Source of the DNA: Epithemia pelagica
Taxonomy: Eukaryota; Protista; Bacillariophyta
NCBI GenBank assembly: GCA_946965045.2
Contig: OX337228.1
Location: 3,286,001-3,350,000 of the forward strand
Length of the DNA stretch: 64,000 bases
Reading direction: 5' to 3'
The position numbers and the translations under genes are program-made. Under the pieces are notes generated by a model. That model did no database searches and was not told the DNA's origin. It was given only the letters and a program-made list of their open reading frames with translations. Positions 44,672 through 57,600 of this stretch are shown here, one piece after another (position 1 is the stretch's first letter; every line of letters begins with the position of its first letter).

Positions 44672-45332
44672 ATGTCCACAACGCAGTCCCCAGAAGAAAA
44701 CAGTACACCAGTGTCACGTTTAATAGGGCAGTTTATTCGGTTGAAGCTTCTGTCCGAAGGGCGCGCCAGTCGACTGGCTGAGGAACACGTTAAACTTGTG
44801 AAGGCGTTGGATCGAAAGTACTGGGCTGATAAAGCTGAATTGGAACAACAGTACCGTCAAGCCTTACATAACGAAGAAACTCGTTATCAACAAGCGTTGT
44901 TGCGCCAAAAGAACAGTCACGAGGCTGAGTTGGGACGGGTGTACCGAGAAGCACAACAAGAAGAAGATCAAACGAATCCGGACCAGCAACCACAAGTGGT
45001 AGAGGAAGAGCAAGAACAAACCTCCACAACTCCACAAGAAGTAGAAGCAGAGACGGTGACAACACCCATTGTGAAGGTACTTGGAATCCACAACTCCACA
45101 AGAAGTAGAAGCAGAGACGGTGACAACACCCATTGTGAAGGTACTTGGAATCGGATCTCGCGTACGAATTAAGACCGGCATCTACTTGTCGGGTCACAAA
45201 GGAAAAGTCTACGGAGCAAAAGGTGAGGTAACGCGGTTTACCAACGACTTTGTGGTCGTCGCTGTCCGAAACCACCAGAACAACAAGATCGAGGAATTTC
45301 GTCGCAAAGAGCACAACCTGACCATTCTATAA
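44672..45332 (+). pseudogene. Extra upstream ORF of element 2, frameshifted by a 64-bp tandem duplication (198 aa when collapsed)
   Basis: 64-bp unit repeated at 45023 and 45087. Removing one copy gives 597 nt in frame: coiled coil then GIGSRVRIKTG...GEVTRFTNDFVVVAV...RRKEHNLTIL*, stopping 1 nt before the gag ATG. Confidence 0.8.
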
Positions 45333-45333
45333 G

Positions 45334-48300
45334 ATGAGTGGGCGTCCGGAGAATGTACAATCGGGCGAACAAGGCGGTCGAGGACGAGGTCGATCAGGAC
45401 GTGGACGTGGTGGCCGGCAAGGAAGAGGACAGCAGGGTCCCAAATTCGAAGGGCAAGAGCCACTCTTAAAAGGGTGCACGTTTGACTACTCACAAGATAC
45501 TCAGGCGAAGAAGTATTTAAAAAATGTGGAGTTGTTGGTGGGTTACATCGGCATCAAATGGCCAAAATACAATCGTGATTTTCAACAAGCCGTGGAAAAC
45601 CTCCAACTACCACCACCAGCACCACCGACAAGGCCAGGACCAGCTGCAACACCGATTGAAGCCAAGGAGTGGGAATTCAACTACAAGGCACATCAAGAAA
45701 AAGAGATTGCTTATGATGGTTTTCGTTCCTCCCTGTACAGTGTTCTGCTCGGGCAGTGTACTGAGCTCCTAAAGGACAAATTAAAGGCAACTTCCACCTT
45801 TCCAACCATACAAGCATCAAGAGATGGGATCGCGCTTCTCTCACTCATCAAGACTACCACTTTCACCTACGATAGCGGTCGGGTATACACAGGTATGGCC
45901 CTTGATCGCATCAGAACGGATTTTTATACGCTCAAGCGTCACCCTGGACAGTCTGTACAGAGCTTTTATGAGGTGTTTAGAGCGAAAGCACAACTTATTG
46001 ATGAGATGGGGATTGTTCTGTATGATCAACTCTACGTTGATGAGTTAGCACACAAGAATGGGCGTACTGGAAACGCAACTGAAGCCGACAGGAATGAAGC
46101 CCAAGCACGAATGATTGCGAATCGATTCATCAGGGCATGCCAGCAAAAGGAGTATGAAGCACATCTCCATAATAACTTCCTGGACCAACACAATATTTAC
46201 CCTGCAACACTCGCTGACGCCAGAGCTATTATTGATGCTCGCATGGGGCGCCTAGAGTTGTCAAACAGCGGTCAACAACAACAACAGCAACACCTTAATG
46301 AGCCCAACACAGGAACAGCGTTTGCAACACAGGGAGAGTCCAATGATTCTGCCCAAAACAACAACGACGAAACACAAGGTTCGATCTTGAATTTGCCCAA
46401 TGGTCATTGCAGTGATTTGTGCTCACATTCGTTTTCCATTACTCCTTCACAGGCTCACATTCCTAAAACATGGGTGCTGTTGGATAATCAATCAACAGTC
46501 CACCTGTTCAGTAATCCATCCCTCCTGATGACACCACCAAGACACACCGACACGACCATGCACATTCACGGCCATGGAGGCCACACAAGCACCACACAAA
46601 AAGCATCAGTACGCGACCACGGGGATGTTTGGTTCCATCCAAACGGATGGGTCAACATTCTCTCATTTCATTTAGTTAAAAAACAGTTCGAGATCAATTA
46701 CATTGCACAATCCGATGAGTTCCACATTTTGCACAAGGGCACACTGATCGACACCTTTCATGCCAGCAAAGAAGGTTTATATTATTCCGACTGGTCCAAT
46801 GCCACTACTGTTGGTTTAGTTACGACGATTGCATCTAATAAAGCACGTTATACTACCAATGATGTAGAAAGAGCATATGGAGTACGGTCCCTCCAAATCA
46901 AAATTGGGCGTCCTAGCGACAGAGAGTTCGCGGCCATCCTTGACCGCCACATGATACCCAATTGTCCGTACACCAGCAAGGATGTGCTCCTGGCTGCCAA
47001 GATCATCGGTCCAGATATCGGCACCCTCAAGGGCAAGACTGTACGAAAGCGACCGGTGCGTGTGGATGAAAACACGTTCGTTGACATCCCTATTCCTGAT
47101 CGATACAGGGATGTGACGATGAGTATGGACGTCCTTCACGTCAATGGAGTCCCCTTGTTGGCGACCATATCACGTCACATTCGTTTCGGCACCATTACCG
47201 CGTTGAAAAGCTTAACCTCCGAGTCCTTACTCGAAGCAATCAAACACGTTGTGGGAGTCTATCGACGTGGGAACCTTCGTCCAAGAACAATGTTGGCTGA
47301 TGGAGCTTTTGATAATGATGTAATCAACACGGGACTGCATGCACTAGGCATGAGGCTGAATCCATCGTCTCGCGAAGAACATGTGGGTGAGATCGAGCGT
47401 TACATCAGAACAATCAAGGATCGGATGCGATGCATATATAACACCTTACCTTTTGAGCGTGTCCCAAGGGTACTCGTGATTGAAATGGCAAAAGCAGCTG
47501 TGTACTGGCTGAATGCTTTTCCAAAAGGAAACGGTATCTTTGATGATGTAAGCCCCAAGACAATCGTCACAGGACAACAGCTGGATTTTCACCGTCACTG
47601 CCAGTTTGAATTTGGGCAGTACGTGCAAACACACGAGCCCCATGATAACTCAATGACACCTAGAACACAAGGTGGCCTAGCTTTGCGACCAACGGGTAAT
47701 CAACAGGGCGGATATTACTTTCTGAACTTATTATCCGGTCGAGTTAAGTCGCAACCATGCAACAGTGGTGCCAATGCCAGAGAGCATCCCAAAACGGGTG
47801 GAACAGTTGGCGCTTGCACAAGAGGCGTTTCCCGGACTGGCATTTGGTGACCGTGACAATCGCATCCTGGCACTTGAATATGATGATGCCATTGATGACG
47901 ATGAAGAATATGTGCCTGACATGGATCAGGATGAAGATCTACGATACGATGAAGCATTAGTGGATGAAGAAATCGGTGACCTCACTCATCTTGAGCAGGA
48001 TTACGCTGAAGCGGTGGATGATGGAGTGGAACAGGGGATGGATGATGAATTGGTACTGGAAGGGAATGGGGCCGAGGTGGAGCTTGAGGACCTTAATGGT
48101 CAGGATGGGGGAATGGAGAATGAGCTTGAGGACCTTAATGGTCAGGATGGGGGAATGGAGAATGAGGATGATGAGGAGGAGGAGGCATTGGAAGCAGAAC
48201 ATGATCAAGCCGTGATGGAGGACTTCGTGGAACAAGCAGCCGCTGACAACCTAGATGATATAGCCGAAGCCGAAGATGAAAGCGTGGCAAATGAAGGAGT

Positions 48301-50350
48301 GGCAAATGAAGGAGTGGCAAATGAAGGAGTGGCAAATGAAGGAGTGACAAATGAAGACGAACACGAGTTGCCTGTTGCTGAACCGCATCAACCACAACAA
48401 CCAAACATCGGTGTTGACGGTGGTGGTGTTGGCGGTGGTGGTGACCACGTGCCTGACCAACCTAGATATAACCTACGCACTAACAGAGAACGAAACTACA
48501 CACATCGATACAACAATGATATCTACGTGACTTCGACAGTCGTTGAAGATTTGTCCACACCACAGATGGGCATGAAATTGGGCGTGAAAATGTTCGGTGA
48601 GCCTGGTGTGGCAGCAGTAAAAAAAGAAGTACGACAACTTCATGATCGGGAAGTGATGAAAGCCGTGATGAAAAGCACCTTGACCAAGGAACAAATTAGA
48701 CAAGCACTAGGCTATCTAATGTTTCTCAAACGCAAACGGTGCGGCAAGATCAAGGGCCGAGGATGTGCTGATGGGAGAAAACAACGAGCCTTCATAGCCA
48801 AAGAAGATGCCTCTTCGCCAACAGTGGCCACAGAAGCGGTATTCATGACTGCCATCCTGGATGCCATGGAACGTCGTGAAGTAGCAGTAATTGACATCCC
48901 AGGAGCATTCATGCAAGCCATCATGGACCCAGGGGTGTACATGAGGATCACGGGATTGATGGTGACCTTGTTGCTCGAGATTGATGACAGTTATCGTCCA
49001 TTTGTTGTATACGAACGCGGTGAACCAGTGCTGTATGTTGAATTGTTGCGTGCCCTCTACGGAACATTGAGGGCGGCCCGATTGTTCTGGGAGAAATTGA
49101 CCGCGGTAATCAAAAGTTGGGGGTACACGATCAATCCGTATGATGCCTGCGTGGCCAACAAAATGATCGATGGAAGTCAATGTACCATCACTTGGCATAT
49201 TGATGACCTAAAGATCTCGCACAAGAAGAAGGGTGTCGTTGACACCGTGATACAACAAATCAAGGATACATTTGGTCAACTGGGTGAGATTTCCGTCTCC
49301 CGAGGAAAGCGTCATGATTATCTGGGTATGTACCTTGATTTCTCGGAACCAGAGAAGTTAATTGTGGACATGCGGTCATCAATTCACGGAATGATAGAGG
49401 ACATGCCACGGGAGTTCAAAGGAAGTGCACAAACACCAGCGGCGAGTCATCTGTTCCATGTCAATGAAGAGAGCCCAAAGTTGGACAAAGAGCGCGCTGA
49501 CTACTTTCACAGCTTGACCATGCAGTTAATGTATGTGGCGCAAAGGGGCAGGCCTGATATCAGAGTGGCCATTGCTTTCCTCAGCACACGGGTGCAGGCA
49601 CCAACTGAAGACGATTGGAAAAAACTCTCTCGTGTTATGAAATATCTGCAATGTACCACGGATCTTTTGCTCCGACTCCGCTGCGATGGATCAGGAATTA
49701 TCAGGTGGTGGGTGGATGCCTCATATGCCGTCCATCCTAACATGAGAGGTCATACCGGTGGGGTGATGAGCCTTGGTGAGGGAGCCGCCATGAGCATATC
49801 CGCAAAGCAGAAACTTGTGGCACGATCATCGACAGAAAGTGAGTTGATCGGCGTCCATGATGCAATGCCTAACATGTTGTGGTGTCGGGAGTTTTTACTT
49901 GCCCAAGGATATGCAATAAAAGAAACCAAACTACTACAAGACAACATGAGCGCAATGTTGCTAGAGAAGCATGGAAAGGCCTCCAGCAGCAAACGTACCA
50001 AACATATTAACATCCGGTACTTCTTTATCAAAGACAGAGTGGATAAAAAGGAGATCCAGATTGAACATTGCCCGACTGCTGAAATGTTGGCTGATTTCCA
50101 CACGAAGCCCTTGCAAGGATCACTCTTCTATAAATTCCGGGATCTGTTGTTTGCTATCCCGCAGAACGATAAATACCATTCTTCGGCAAGGAGTGTGTTG
50201 GAACAGAACCAGGAGCCGAGCCAGGAACCAAGCAATAAGAGCGACCAAAGAATGAAGAACCCTACTGACGTGGAGGATTGGCAAGATGTCGCCCTAAGCG
50301 GTCATAAGATCCGCAAAATGAAGGAAACATCTAGTGCTCACTCTTTGTAA
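45334..50350 (+). CDS. Gag-Pol polyprotein of element 2, frameshifted near 47746
   Basis: WVLLDNQST, SMDVLHV/ADGAF/EHVGEIER, KGRGCADGRKQ, WHIDD, VDASY, QDNMS. Comparison with element 1 (VITRNH vs V-SRNH) indicates a 2-nt loss; stop 50348-50350 lies in the 3' LTR. Confidence 0.92.
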
Positions 50351-50593
50351 TCTATAACGAAATTTGCTTAGCTTTGTTGCCTGTACAGCACGAAGACTGA
50401 TCCGTTTCAACACGACCTGCTTCGACAGTTGACTTTGACTCCTCTGGAGCAGGAAATGTGCAAGGGCCACAGCAAATTAGTTGCCCTAGCACAAACAGCA
50501 TGGTAGTCTATCTCGTAATTTTAAAAGATGCCTCTCAACAATCGCACTCACGGACGAGGTGAACAACGCTTTGAAGCTGCGTAGGTCAAGGTA

Positions 50594-51241
50594 CTATACA
50601 ATCTCAATACCAGATTCATCTGCCAAGGGAACTCTTTCGTCCAGAGTAGACACTCGATCTATCGAGTAATTCGGAGATCGTGAAAAGCTCGAACTCTCTG
50701 TAACCCCAGTGGAGAAATCTCGACCATGGTGGGATGGAGCGGAGGACGGGAATGCTTTGCGTTGATCAAAACCTGTGGCATAAAGTTGACGCTGTCGCTT
50801 CACTGTCATAAACGTGAAAGATCCAACTAGCAAACAGATCAGTTGCAACTGAACCATACAATAGTCTTCGTCAGCTCTCGTCCTTTTGCAACTTCCGATT
50901 TTTTGACGCGACTCTACCTCGGCTAAGTCGTGTAGACGGTGTTAGAGATAAAAGTTTGTAAGAAAACATCTGCGCTTCAATATCTTACCTCCGTTCTCTA
51001 TTGTCACGCATGTGAAGGTTTTAATCCTTCCCGTGTTTCTGCACTCGCTTATTGACTCGATGTCTCCACCGCTGCATAACTGACATTCAGTCTTAACGGT
51101 ACATATTTCACGAGCAGCGGTTTGTGGGTGAGCAGCCGTGTGATCCAGCAGTCCAACGTAGACTATCAAACACGTTGTAAGCCATCGGCCAAATCCATGG
51201 GGAAGAAGCCGTAGAAAGACGGATAATTGGTTCTTCCTCAT
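50594..51241 (-). CDS. JTB-like small Cys-rich membrane protein, 2 exons (intron 50923-50988), 193 aa
   Basis: Signal-like segment, ECQLC...ECRNTG...TC...SCKR, then a TM helix followed by VKRQR. Resemblance judged by eye. Confidence 0.55.
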
Positions 51242-51540
51242 GACAACCTTCCAAAACAAAGTTTCCTCTTCAGGAGGGGAATGTGGTCAGTCGTGGGCCG
51301 TGATGACTCCCGAAAGGTGCTTCTAGCTCTACTCATACTAATATCGGGCACACTAATACCGATATACTCCTAGGTGAAAAGTGGATGACAGAATTTAGCT
51401 AACAACATAAAAGACACTTTGTGAGGTCTCTCTCTACAGATGCATAGGCTCCTTGGCTTACAACGAAAGCAAAACTGGTCCTCTGCAGTAGAGTCGACAA
51501 TATCCATTCTACGATACATGTAAGGGCGAGACGACGATCC

Positions 51541-53470
51541 TCATTTCTCGGACTTTTTCGCTTTGCATCCAACAGACCGATCCCATGCGCAACACAAGCG
51601 ATAGTTTTTGTTTGGGTGATCCTGTATGCACTGAAAAACATTAGAATGAAACCCACCGCATCCCTCTGTGAGTAGGTCTCTCAGAAGAGCATGAAAGTTG
51701 GAACAGCAGTTGGCCAGTGTGAAGCGAGGGAGAAGCTGCAGTTTCAGGGAGGAAAGAGCAGAAATCATCACCTTGTCAAGGGAAAACAAATCTCGGACCT
51801 CATGGACAGACCCAGTTCCTTGTATAACATCATACGGATTGTATACAGGACGGAATAATGAGTGTCCATCTTCGAGCGACTTAACTTGAGCTGCTGAATC
51901 AAACAGATGCTTATCCTCCGTAGTGACCAACAAGGTTGGCTTTACCCCATTGATCATGGATTTGTTGACAGATCTTACCCAAGAGCCTTCCCACATATCT
52001 GAAATTGCTTTGATGTAGTTTTCAAACGAGAAGCACTCGCTTTCGGCATTGCATTTGTCTGAAGCTAATCCAAAAGGACGATGTTAGATGTGATGATGCG
52101 GACAGAAGAAAAAGAGTCAGATTTCATAACAGCTCACCTCGAATCGGTAGACCAACACTTGACGTAGAAGTCACATTTTGATTTGTTGTCACAAGACGAA
52201 CTATGCCATCAATCTCTTTCATCACAGTGGGTAACGGTCGTAGGGCATACATCATGAGTCCATTCGTTATCTCCTGGTCTCCTTGAAAGAGAGATGATGC
52301 ATTAGATACGGGTTTGAGAAGTCTATTGAGTCCTTCAGTTGCTGCTTGTGATTGAAGTGCGGGGTTCAACGAAATAAGCTTTTTGGAGATGTTGTAAAAA
52401 AGGGATCGAAGATTGGAAGGGTGGCGTTGTTGGCGAGGGGGCAAGTTCAATCCGAGCACGCGATCATCTTCGTACTCCGGTGGCGTTATGCCATGACGAA
52501 ACAACTGGCGGCTTTGATTACGACTCAACACATTTGCATTGGCAATGTCCTTATGTAACAAGACACAAGGTGAGCTGGACCTGAAAGTGCATTGAATATC
52601 AGACCGTGGACAAGACGCGAGGGGCCAGGGAGACTTGAACGCCGAGTTTGCTTTCGCTATTGAAATGTTGTTGGCGAATATTGCAATACGATTCGTGGCG
52701 ATTGCTGCCTTCAGTGCTGATACTGCGGTAAGACGGAAATTGGCTCCAATACCCTTGCTTGACATGGGTACAACCAAAAACCGAGATTTGGAACACTCAT
52801 AATCAAATGGTCCCACGTCCCGGATTCCCCCTTGATTGACATGAAAAGTGGATGAAACCTTTTCCTCCATTGCTGGTGCGTGTTGATGCCAGTATGCGGC
52901 AAGGTACACTAGTCGAGTTGTCCAGAGTCTCGAGTCGGTATTATCCGTGACCCATCGCGAAGAGTTGAAGCATATAGTTTCTTGTAAAATGGATGATATA
53001 GATTGTGTGTTTGTATGTTTATCATCACCCAGAAAAAGGCTGAAGGCACTTGTTTCGTTATTTTCATGCACATTTCCCAGGCGAGACCCAGCCAACCAGG
53101 AAGGAGCAAACCGGGTTTCTGCTTGGTTATTTACCGAAATTAAACCATCTGGATGGTGATTCGAAATAGATGTGATTAGAGAGTGACAGCGAGATTGAGA
53201 TCCGTTGGTTTTGCTTTGCTCAAGAATTAAGAATTGCACGGAATGATCCTGTTTTGTCAAAAGCATGATGGCGCCATAGTGTTTTACATTGCTCTCGAAC
53301 ACAACCATCACAACAGCGAAAAGCAATATCACGAATGCCGAGCGGAAACTTGAAATCTTGATAAAATCCATCTTCATGGCATTGGATTGTTTCATATTCT
53401 CTTCCAAAGAACGGCTGATCGCCTGTAAAGAGTGCAAAACTGCACTTCGAGCTCGTGCGACAATCGACAA
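51541..53470 (-). CDS. Putative type II membrane glycosyltransferase (GT23/alpha-1,6-fucosyltransferase-like), 2 exons (intron 52065-52137)
   Basis: N-terminal TM anchor; spliced VGLPIR/ASDKC resembles the VGxHxRxxDK donor-binding motif; LVTTED motif; start uncertain. Confidence 0.65.
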
Positions 53471-54654
53471 TACCTACGTGATTTGATTTGTAATTCTCGT
53501 CATCCCACATCCCAAATCCCAAGTCATGGTCCGATGTGAATTTGAAAAACTTAAAATGAGAGCCGGCGTTCGCCGCCGTGCGCGGACTCGAAACTTGTTT
53601 GGTCCCATGTACATGTATGTCTCCATTATTTTTCTATTGGGTGCGATTGGGGGGGGTACCTTTGTTCGTCCGTCATCCGAAAGGAAAAAAATTGTCTCGT
53701 ATTTTTTCCCAAAGCGCCAGCCGGGTGACATCGCCAGCCTCCCTTCGATCGCTCGAAATAGACGCGCCGGTCACGCCATGTATTGCTGGCACAAGGGCCA
53801 GGAATCGTCTCACTTTTCGAGCAACACCACAAAAGACGACCATGAGCACACCAAAAACCAAAAGAAAACCAAAAGAAAACCATCCAGCCGTACGAACGAC
53901 CACAGTGACAACTTTATGGCCAAAACCATCCACCTAGATCACAGGTGAAGGCGGAATACATCAAAGGAAGGATGACAACACGAAACATGACAATCAACCA
54001 CTGCAATGAACAATCAACCACTGCAATGATGAAGCGAAGGTTTGACAGCGTCATCATGGGGTATGTAAGCCCAGGAAGCAGGAAGCCTAAACTAGTAGTG
54101 GACTATGCTTTTATCTTTCCCATAGACAAAGTGCCAGGAGCTTGTGTTGCACCATGTGTGTGTATTTCATGGTGTGTGTGTGATGATTCCGTGAAGCTTG
54201 ATCCACTACGTAAAGAGTACTCGCTTCTGAAACAGTATAGACTTTTGAGTACAAAATGGGCTTGTAGATTTCTCTGTGCATGTCTCGTCAAGTCTCACGG
54301 CTCACGGTTCCTGTTTCCCATTCATGAGCGCAAGCGGCTACACAATACAAGCTGAGTTCAGGGAGTATGTTCCTGACGTAGACCCCTCGTAGATTTAGTA
54401 CCATAGAGTATAATCCTTAATAGCGTTCGGCCTTACTAGTGAATGAAAGTGTCCGACTCGCGACTTCCCAGAGTCTTAGGAAATATTTTTATGTGTTTTA
54501 GTGTGTTGCGTGACAGCTTCCGAACGCTGGAATTCCGTCCAAAATGATGAAAAAACGGTTGTTGTCTAACGACCATGGTGGAGGGCCTCCCAGACCCGTT
54601 GAACTGTTGCCGAGCTGCATCCGGATGCTTTAGGGTTTACTTGAACCACCCCCA

Positions 54655-57600
54655 ATGGGGCAACAGTTCAACGCATCGACATCATCCACAATGACACGAT
54701 CATCGGACTCACCTCACGCAGCACAGTCTCGGATGGAACGAAGTTTTTCTGGGAACGAGATTGTTGAACTGTTTCGGAAGCAGTGCTCACCCACCGTGTT
54801 TGGATTCTGCAACAAGTGGTTCCGAGATGTCGAGCTTGTAGGATATATGAACACTTGGTTGCCAGGATTGTCTGTGCTGGAAATGAACCGTGCTTTCCGA
54901 AGAGAAAAAAGCATTGCGATGTGTTTCGATGATGTTGAAAAGCCAAACAAGTATGGCTTCTACCGCTACAGAGATACGATCAAAAGGGAACGCTTCACAT
55001 TCTATTACATCTCTAAAGACACAACAACCCTGCCAGTGATGTTGGACGATCATCAAGAATGGCTGGAGGCTGCAGCCGAGAATGTGATTCGGCGGTCGGG
55101 ACGAGCGAAGCCAACGAAGCGAAGGAACGAAGAGTCACCAGGGTTGCGTGAAGGCACGCTAAATACATCCAAGCAAGCAAGAAACACTTCAACTCCACCA
55201 GCAATCAAGAGCACTGCAACGCAGCAACATGGTCAACCGCCACAAATTGGAGACAGCCCTACCGAAATGCAAACGTCACCACCTCACGACAACACAAATC
55301 AGGTGCTTGTTGGAGCAAGCCAACATCCTGAATTGGCCACAGACGAAATCGGCCATGACCATCCACAGAGTTTGCCGATTGGTTTTTCAGTTTTCGAGAG
55401 TGAGATGATCCAAGGTCTATCGCAACAAATGGAAAGCGCCTTTTTTGATGAGCCAAGGAACCGTAGGCTCTTTGCCGGCAAATGCGATTCTCCAGGATCG
55501 TCAAAACGAAATCTTGAGCGATGGATAGAAACCCTTGAAAGGGCCATTTCCAACGTGGAGGCACTTCTGAATGTGGTTAACAAGGGAGACATCTTCCCCC
55601 TCAACCAGGAACAGCAACAGAGGGTACTGCTCAAGGCAACGTATTTACAACTTTCTTATAAGATAGCGTTGCTTGATATGCCACACGGTCGTACATGGCT
55701 GAACTGCATAAGCGAAGCCATTAGCAAAATGGAACAGATTTATGGTGAAAAAGTAAAAAAACATCCCAAGACCATTGCTCGTTTTCACAGGTACTTTCGG
55801 GAAGACGACAGTTTCCCTCATCCCAACTACCACGTTCATATTGGGAAAGAGCCATCGCCCGTCTTATTCGTTCACATACCTGAAGCAAAGGTAAAGTTTG
55901 AATGCTGGGCAAAGGAAAACCTGAGCACTCTTACAACAGAGTCTGCTCTAATGTACCTGAGGACAACATTGCTTCCGGATATGCATGCCATGATCGTACA
56001 AGAGTGCATGGATACGAATGCAACGCCAGTATCGTACGAGGCCTTCTTGGCATCGATGAAGCTTTCCACCATTTCGCAAAGCACAGCGTGGCGATGTATT
56101 GCTGCTGCAGGGTTTGTGTTCAAGGAACACACGAAAACATACTTCACTGATCGACACGAAAATGCTGAGAATGTTGCCCACAGAGCTGCTTTTGTCAAGA
56201 AGTACTTTAAGTGGGAAGAGCTGTCGTATCGGTGGGTGCAGCTCCCTACCGAGGATGCAATCAAACTTGAAAACGAAGGGAATGCGGGCAAGGAGAAGCT
56301 CTTGCCAAACAGCTTTGTATTTGAGTACACTGATGTAACAACAGGCAAGCAGATGCGGGAGTACCATGTTGATGCCTTCCCAAGCGAATTTGAACGGTAC
56401 ATCAAACCAGAAAACACAATTCACAATGGAAACTTGTCACACAGGTTTCCCTCCGACCGCAAACCTGTCATCCTCATCGGCCAGGACGAATCGATCTACA
56501 AGCAGTTTTCCTTCTCGTCTAAGGCATGGTACACTAAAGATGGCGCAACTAAAATGCTGCCAAAGGATGATGGACATGGGATGATGATCAGCGCTTTTGT
56601 AAGCCGATCATGGGGCTTCCTTATGAACGGAAACCCGTTGCTTGCTGCGAGTCTATTTCGGATTAATGAACTCCGTCTACATGCGACACACAACAAATAC
56701 GTCTCTACCGAGGCTGCAGTGAACCTCAATGGTCACACTGCCAAGACTCCAATTACCAATGCCCAACCGTTCACTCGCTTTTTTGAATACGGAGCAGATA
56801 AAGAGGGATATTGGAATTATGAATACATGGCCTTGCAGTTGGAGGATATTGTCGATTGCCTCGTGGTCATGTTCCCCGCCCATGACTTTGTCTTTTTGTT
56901 CGACCAAAGCAGTGGTCATGGAAAACAACAATCCGATGGGTTAAATGCTCTGAACATGAATAACGACTGGGGAGGAGCTGTTCCCAGCATGCGGGACACA
57001 CAAATTATTGATCAAGCTTGCCTTGGCCCGTACAACCATGACGACAAACTACGAGTTGGTGACGTACAACACCTCGTCTATCAGGAGAACGATCGTGGTC
57101 CAGTTGCTAAAAAAGGCCATCGTCTCAATGACGCGCAGCGTGTCGCATCGAAGAATACACACCGAACTGGTAGAAAGAAAAAGCGCAACCTCACAAAGAA
57201 GGAGCTCATGGCAAAACTTGTCCGGGTCATGGGACCTGGAATGCAACGTTCATTTCAATCGAAAAATGCTGGTGAACTACAGGACCTTTGTAAACGCTCC
57301 AACATTGCAACGGTGATTGAAGATGATGTGATCGAGGAAGGCTGGATGAATGCTGCAAAAGGGCTCTTTCAAGTGTTATGGGAGCGGGGGTGGATAGACC
57401 CTAACAACATGATCAAGTACGTCAAGACAACCAGAGATGCATGGTTGGAAGCGGATAAGAAGACTGTGAAAGAAGCCTATCAGGCGGACTACAAAAAGTA
57501 CTCTATGGTTCATCTGATGAGCGAATGCTCCGATTTCAAGAACGAAAAATCTGCAATGGAGAAGCTGGCGGAAGACTTGTCTGAACGACATCGTTGCAGG

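Larger units (their letters stand above)
44413..50412 (+). mobile_element. Full-length Ty1/Copia (CoDi-like) LTR retrotransposon, element 2 (different family from element 1)
   Basis: 217-bp LTRs 44413-44629 and 50196-50412, identical by eye; TSD CGACC (44408-12, 50413-17); PPT-like AAGGAGTG 50188-50195. Confidence 0.98.

Noticed and set aside
53526-54355. ORFs of 119-140 aa upstream of the transposase
   Set aside because: Overlapping, non-ATG or motif-free frames in repeat-like intergenic DNA.
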